Assembly: GCA_947175055.1 (NCBI GenBank)
Contig: CAMWLJ010000006.1
Span: 44 to 64,043 of the forward strand
DNA: 64,000 nt
Source of the DNA: an uncultured Lachnospiraceae bacterium
Lineage (GTDB): Bacteria; Bacillota; Clostridia; Lachnospirales; Lachnospiraceae
Direction: 5' to 3'
A program made the translations under genes and the position numbers. This document shows, piece by piece, positions 58,563 through 64,000 of this stretch. The notes below the pieces were generated by a model. The model saw only the letters and a program-made list of their open reading frames with translations, made no database searches and was not told the DNA's origin. How positions within the stretch are numbered: position 1 is the first letter of the stretch; each line of letters starts with the position of its first letter.

Positions 58563-60935
58563 ATGCATGATATTGATAATCAGGAAAATCTGTTCGCGCT
58601 TGAAAGGAAAGAGATGGTGAAACAGTATGCGAAAAGCGGCGGCATTACAATAGAAGAACATAACCGTGCGCTGAAAGAAAGGGCGGACCTCTTATTGACA
58701 ATGGGGTATATCGGTGAAGAAATCCATGAGCTGTTGTGCAGAGCTTGTGACTATCATGATCTGGGAAAAGCGAATCCCAGAATGCAGGAGCGGTTACAGG
58801 ATCATAGACTGCGATTTGAACCGGATCGGGAGATTCCGCATAATATCCTGTCTATGTATCTGCTTCCCAAAGAACCGCTCCCGGAATATTATCTGATGCA
58901 GTTTGTGGTCGGATTTCATCACGATTATGGAAATGTATTTCAAATTCTGCAGAGTACAGAAAAACAGTGTCTGGCTAAAGAGCTGCTTGCCGCATGGAAA
59001 TGTGCCAGTACTCCGGGATTTAAAGTGATCAAAGGTATGAAGCGGATTGGGGCAGACAAGGATCTGCGGAAGAAGTTGATTCTTGTCAAAGGACTTCTGC
59101 ACAAATGTGATTATTCTGCAAGCGGCAATACCGAGATAGAATATCCGAATGATTTTCTGACGGATAAGCTGGAATCCTTTTTTCAAAAGAATCATTATGA
59201 ATTGAACGAAATGCAACAGTTCTGCCGGAATCACGAAAGTGAAAATATCATGCTTGTGGGGCAGACAGGTATGGGAAAGACAGAAGCGGCGCTTCTTTGG
59301 ATCGGAGATCATAAGGGATTTATTCTGCTTCCGGTAAAAACAGCTATTAATAAGATGTATGACAGGATCAGAGAGGATATTTTAGAAGGAGATGAGAGCA
59401 ACTCTGAAAAGCGGATCGGATTGCTGCATTCAGATGCAATTCCTAAATTACTGGAAAACTATGCGATCGAGAAACCGGCTTATACAGAGATGGAGGTGAT
59501 TGAATATAACAGACAAAGCAGGCAGTTGGCCATGCCGATCACGGTATCGACGATAGATCAGTTGTTTGATTTTATTTTTAAGTATCAGACATATGAATTG
59601 AAACTTGCAACGTTGTCCTATTCAAAAGTGGTAATTGATGAAATTCAGATGTATGGGGCCGATTTGCTGGCTGATCTTATTTTTGGTCTGAAGATGATTC
59701 GAGAATTGGGAGGGAAGGCCGCGATCACGACTGCAACATTGGCGCCTTTTGTCAAAGATCTGATTGAAAATGAAGTCGGTAAGTTTACATATGGCGTGTT
59801 TTGCAATAAAGAGCAGGTCAGGCATAAAGTAAAAATTATTCCATCGAAGATCAATGCAGAAGATGTAGTTCAGAAATTCAGACAGTGTTCCGCAGTGGAG
59901 AGTCTGCCCGAAATTGATGATGGACATAAGGCAACATCTTCTGCTAAAGGCGGGAAAATACTGGTAATCTGTAATACGATACAGAAAGCGCAGTTAATGT
60001 ATCATACAATCTGTAAACTGTTGGGCGAAGAGAACAGTGAAAAAGTACATCTGTTGCATTCAAAATTTATCCGGCAGGACAGGGCAAAGAAGGAAAGAGA
60101 GATTTGTGCATGTGGCAGATATGAACATGAAGAAAATGTAATCTGGATCAGCACCTCGCTTGTGGAGGCAAGCCTTGATATTGACTTCGATTATCTTTTT
60201 ACGGAATTGCAGGATATATCCTCCCTGTTGCAGAGACTGGGAAGAGTAAACAGAAAAGGGAAGAAGGCGGTTGAGGGCTATAACTGTTATATATACATCG
60301 AAATCGATGAAAAATATCTGGAAGAATCATCTTCATCAAAGAAGAAATATACGGGAAACAGTTCTGCTTTTATTGACAGGGATATTTTTGAATTGTCCAG
60401 GATGGCACTTATAGAAACACTTGAAAACTCGACGGATGGTAGTTTGACGGAGGGCAGCAAAATGGAGATGCTGGACAGGTATTTTACAACAGAAAGACTG
60501 TCGAACACTAATTATATGAGAAAGTATAGAGAGCAGATGAAAAAGCTACAGGAAATCATCTGGTATGAGCTGGATATCAAGGATGTCAAAGTCAGAGATG
60601 ACATTTATACAAGGGACGTTATCCCATACGATATCTATAGTCTCCACAGGGAAGAAATCGAAGCAAGTGCTGAAAAAATGTGTTCCAGAAAAACTGATAT
60701 TCTTCAAAAAATAAAAGAACGCAATCATATCATGCAGTATACGGTTTCTGTGCAGGATTATATTGTAAGAGAATATCATAAAGCAATTCGTAAAGGGATG
60801 GCAGTAAGACAGCAAATGCCTTTGAAAATTGGGTTATATGAAAAAGTAGATATAGTTGATTGTTATTATGATGATCAGGCGGGGTTTCTGGAAAAGCATT
60901 TTGAGCCAGTTCCCGATGAGCCTATCTTTGTTTGA
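58563..60935 (+). CDS. cas3: Cas3 HD nuclease-helicase
   Basis: HD domain YHDLGK, PHNILS, FHH, CDYSAS. Helicase motifs QTGMGKTE, VIDEIQ, TAT, LLHS, VEASLDIDFD, QRLGRVNR. Confidence 0.96.
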   Translation: MHDIDNQENLFALERKEMVKQYAKSGGITIEEHNRALKERADLLLTMGYIGEEIHELLCRACDYHDLGKANPRMQERLQDHRLRFEPDREIPHNILSMYLLPKEPLPEYYLMQFVVGFHHDYGNVFQILQSTEKQCLAKELLAAWKCASTPGFKVIKGMKRIGADKDLRKKLILVKGLLHKCDYSASGNTEIEYPNDFLTDKLESFFQKNHYELNEMQQFCRNHESENIMLVGQTGMGKTEAALLWIGDHKGFILLPVKTAINKMYDRIREDILEGDESNSEKRIGLLHSDAIPKLLENYAIEKPAYTEMEVIEYNRQSRQLAMPITVSTIDQLFDFIFKYQTYELKLATLSYSKVVIDEIQMYGADLLADLIFGLKMIRELGGKAAITTATLAPFVKDLIENEVGKFTYGVFCNKEQVRHKVKIIPSKINAEDVVQKFRQCSAVESLPEIDDGHKATSSAKGGKILVICNTIQKAQLMYHTICKLLGEENSEKVHLLHSKFIRQDRAKKEREICACGRYEHEENVIWISTSLVEASLDIDFDYLFTELQDISSLLQRLGRVNRKGKKAVEGYNCYIYIEIDEKYLEESSSSKKKYTGNSSAFIDRDIFELSRMALIETLENSTDGSLTEGSKMEMLDRYFTTERLSNTNYMRKYREQMKKLQEIIWYELDIKDVKVRDDIYTRDVIPYDIYSLHREEIEASAEKMCSRKTDILQKIKERNHIMQYTVSVQDYIVREYHKAIRKGMAVRQQMPLKIGLYEKVDIVDCYYDDQAGFLEKHFEPVPDEPIFV

Positions 60936-61246
60936 TTTGTATTAAGAAGAATCGATAGAGAAAACAGTGATGTGTGCCGATCGAGGGTTGGATGGTATTA
61001 GCGTTGGTGCGTTGGAGTTAGGCATTGCTTGAACTTATTGTCGACCTCCAGTGCTGTCAAAAGGACGGCAGGTCGACAAACACGATTAGAGAAGAAAAAG
61101 TCCTGAATATGATGCGGTTTGAAGGCAGAGATGATTTTCAGTAGATGTTGTTAAATGACGAAAAATGTTATAAAATTTAATTTACAGGGCAGGTAGACAA
61201 AATAGGGTGTGTAGTTGGTGGAATTATGCAGTGATTTTTGCGACGG
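60936..61246 (+). promoter_or_regulatory. CRISPR leader
   Basis: Non-coding region before the first repeat. Inverted pair TTGTCGACCT (61038) / AGGTCGACAA (61070) and a direct copy GGCAGGTAGACAAA (61188). Confidence 0.8.
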
Positions 61247-64000
61247 GTAGATATAGAAACAGAATGGAATTTAAAGGATTTTTTTGATTTAGATAGGGTT
61301 TCTCGATATAAGTAGATATAGAAACAGAATGGAATTTAAAGTCCAATCTCCACCCCAGCCGTTGTTGTTTCCGTTGTGTAGATATAGAAACAGAATGGAA
61401 TTTAAAGCATTATTTTAAAATCACACTGACTACGTTATCTGTGTAGATATAGAAACAGAATGGAATTTAAAGAGTAAGGGCATACGGCGCACCTTGCGCA
61501 ACTAAATCGTAGATATAGAAACAGAATGGAATTTAAAGTTATAACGATGTACCCGATCAAGATCAAAATAATCAGTAGATATAGAAACAGAATGGAATTT
61601 AAAGAAAACTATGAAAATCTCCAAAAGCGCATCTTTGACGTAGATATAGAAACAGAATGGAATTTAAAGGATTTAAATTGTTCGATTTCATCCGCATCCG
61701 GATTTTGGTAGATATAGAAACAGAATGGAATTTAAAGTTGTATAGTCTTTTCTCATAAAATCCTGTCTTGAACCGTAGATATAGAAACAGAATGGAATTT
61801 AAAGGCAAAAAATAAAGGTAAAGTTAAATATTTCAATCGGTAGATATAGAAACAGAATGGAATTTAAAGCTTTCAGCTCCCATTTCACTCTAAGAGCGTC
61901 ATAGTAGATATAGAAACAGAATGGAATTTAAAGGCAGGAATACATGAGTACATCAAGCAGGAAGCCGACGTAGATATAGAAACAGAATGGAATTTAAAGA
62001 TATTACAAACAGTACAAACGCAAAAGAATCAACCGTAGATATAGAAACAGAATGGAATTTAAAGTTGTCTTACTCTCTTCTGAAATGTCTGAAAAAAGAC
62101 GTAGATATAGAAACAGAATGGAATTTAAAGCTTGAAGGAGGGTTTAGGATTTATCGAAAATTAGAGTAGATATAGAAACAGAATGGAATTTAAAGATCAG
62201 CCAAAAGCACCATGCTGGAGCCTGTAACTTGTAGATATAGAAACAGAATGGAATTTAAAGGCATTTGCGCATTCTGTCAATGTGATTTCTGCATTGGGTA
62301 GATATAGAAACAGAATGGAATTTAAAGTTTGTACGCTTATACGCCGCATCTAACAGCTTCTTTTGTAGATATAGAAACAGAATGGAATTTAAAGGTTTCA
62401 AACGTTCACGATCATTTTCAAGTTTTGCAGTGTAGATATAGAAACAGAATGGAATTTAAAGATATTTCTTTTTCCCAGCGACCTGCTCCTGCGTGAGTAG
62501 ATATAGAAACAGAATGGAATTTAAAGTTAGCTAAATACCTCATCATATTTATTGCGTAAAAAGTAGATATAGAAACAGAATGGAATTTAAAGAATTCTTT
62601 CAAGAGCATAATCATAAGCACTTTCCTCGTAGATATAGAAACAGAATGGAATTTAAAGGATAAGCATCAATACAGAATTGATGACGTCGTTTCTGTAGAT
62701 ATAGAAACAGAATGGAATTTAAAGAAAAAGATATTTGATAAAGTGACAGCATATCTCGGTAGATATAGAAACAGAATGGAATTTAAAGTGGCTTCCATGG
62801 TTGCTGTGTATGCAAGCGCGTCCTCGTAGATATAGAAACAGAATGGAATTTAAAGGAGAGGAATATGGTTATTTTGAGGGCAGAAAATCAAGGTAGATAT
62901 AGAAACAGAATGGAATTTAAAGTCTAATGGAAGTTTTTTCTTTTCATTGCATCCTCGTAGATATAGAAACAGAATGGAATTTAAAGATTTTTGAGTTTGT
63001 TTGTCAGCAAAGAAAAGCCCGGTAGATATAGAAACAGAATGGAATTTAAAGTCAATCACGCTACCCAGAATCGAACACTCAATCACGTAGATATAGAAAC
63101 AGAATGGAATTTAAAGTAGCCTCGCACTTGCAGAAATCCTTGTACTGGCTCACGTAGATATAGAAACAGAATGGAATTTAAAGGCCGCGTGTTTGTTTCC
63201 AGATCCCAGGCGTAAGCCAGTAGATATAGAAACAGAATGGAATTTAAAGTATCGTACACGGCAAAGGCGGAGGGTGGCAGTACGTAGATATAGAAACAGA
63301 ATGGAATTTAAAGCAAACCACTTCAACACTTCCACCTGCGAACAGCTAGTAGATATAGAAACAGAATGGAATTTAAAGTCTGGAATCCTTGTACTTGTGA
63401 ACCGCTCTAAGAAGTAGATATAGAAACAGAATGGAATTTAAAGGAGCAAAAGCGGCAGCGAGGACGTGAGCGACTGTGTAGATATAGAAACAGAATGGAA
63501 TTTAAAGATAATTCCGAATAATTCCTTATCCTTGCCTTTTTCGTAGATATAGAAACAGAATGGAATTTAAAGTATATTTCGACATTACAGATGAACAGCG
63601 GAAACATTGTAGATATAGAAACAGAATGGAATTTAAAGTCCGTCGTCCGAACATAAGATGTATTAACCATCTCTGTAGATATAGAAACAGAATGGAATTT
63701 AAAGCAATAAATGGCCATTTTCCACTTCGAAGTCAAACCTGGTAGATATAGAAACAGAATGGAATTTAAAGAGGTTCCTGAAAGAGTCAGATACGCCGTT
63801 TACGCGTAGATATAGAAACAGAATGGAATTTAAAGTCATACATAACAAGAACATGATAATGAGGCTTCTTGCGTAGATATAGAAACAGAATGGAATTTAA
63901 AGGCCGTAGTCCGCACATAAGATGTATTAACCATCTCTGTAGATATAGAAACAGAATGGAATTTAAAGATCCGCCAGACAAGCGCATACGGCGCGGCTTG
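61247..64000 (+). CRISPR. Type I-B CRISPR array, repeat GTAGATATAGAAACAGAATGGAATTTAAAG
   Basis: 42 identical 30-nt repeats (first at 61247, last at 63939), 41 complete spacers of about 34-38 nt, and one spacer cut by the window end. Confidence 0.99.

Noticed and set aside
63117-63413. Spacers 29 and 33 share AATCCTTGTACT
   Set aside because: Only 12 nt at different offsets with unrelated flanks; not enough to claim a shared target.
61526-63987. Short ORFs predicted across the CRISPR array (FKFHSVSIST / VDIETEWNLK peptides)
   Set aside because: They are translations of the repeat, not genes.

Overview
A 64 kb window of what looks like a Clostridia (Lachnospiraceae-like, gut-type) chromosome; the taxon is inferred from gene content and GGAGG RBS/sigmaA promoter style. 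Most of it is carbohydrate and nutrient metabolism: GH39, GH51, GH43, GH10, esterases, a LacI-controlled sugar ABC transporter, a PTS EIIBCA, udp-deoB-deoC-cdd nucleoside catabolism, a Bce-like two-component/ABC module, and an Opp/Dpp-type ABC cluster with UROD-like, cysteine-desulfidase-like and M20 enzymes. The right end is a type I-B CRISPR-Cas locus (cas6-cas8-cas7-cas5-cas3, with no cas1/2/4 in view) and an array of 42 identical 30-nt repeats that runs off the window. The best candidate for an undescribed system is a tightly coupled three-gene cassette at 15023-18306: a HEPN-like protein, a ParA/MinD-like ATPase with a KGGMGRT P-loop, and a second P-loop NTPase. Other leads are a degenerate CRISPR repeat-spacer-repeat unit on the minus strand just upstream of cas6 (possible CreA/CreR-type regulatory guide), a dispersed multi-hairpin intergenic element whose 3' end overlaps ribosome-binding sites, a 10 x 14-bp tandem array before an AAA-nuclease gene, and two near-identical spacers that appear to record two variants of one target. 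All assignments come from motif reading by eye; no database searches were run.
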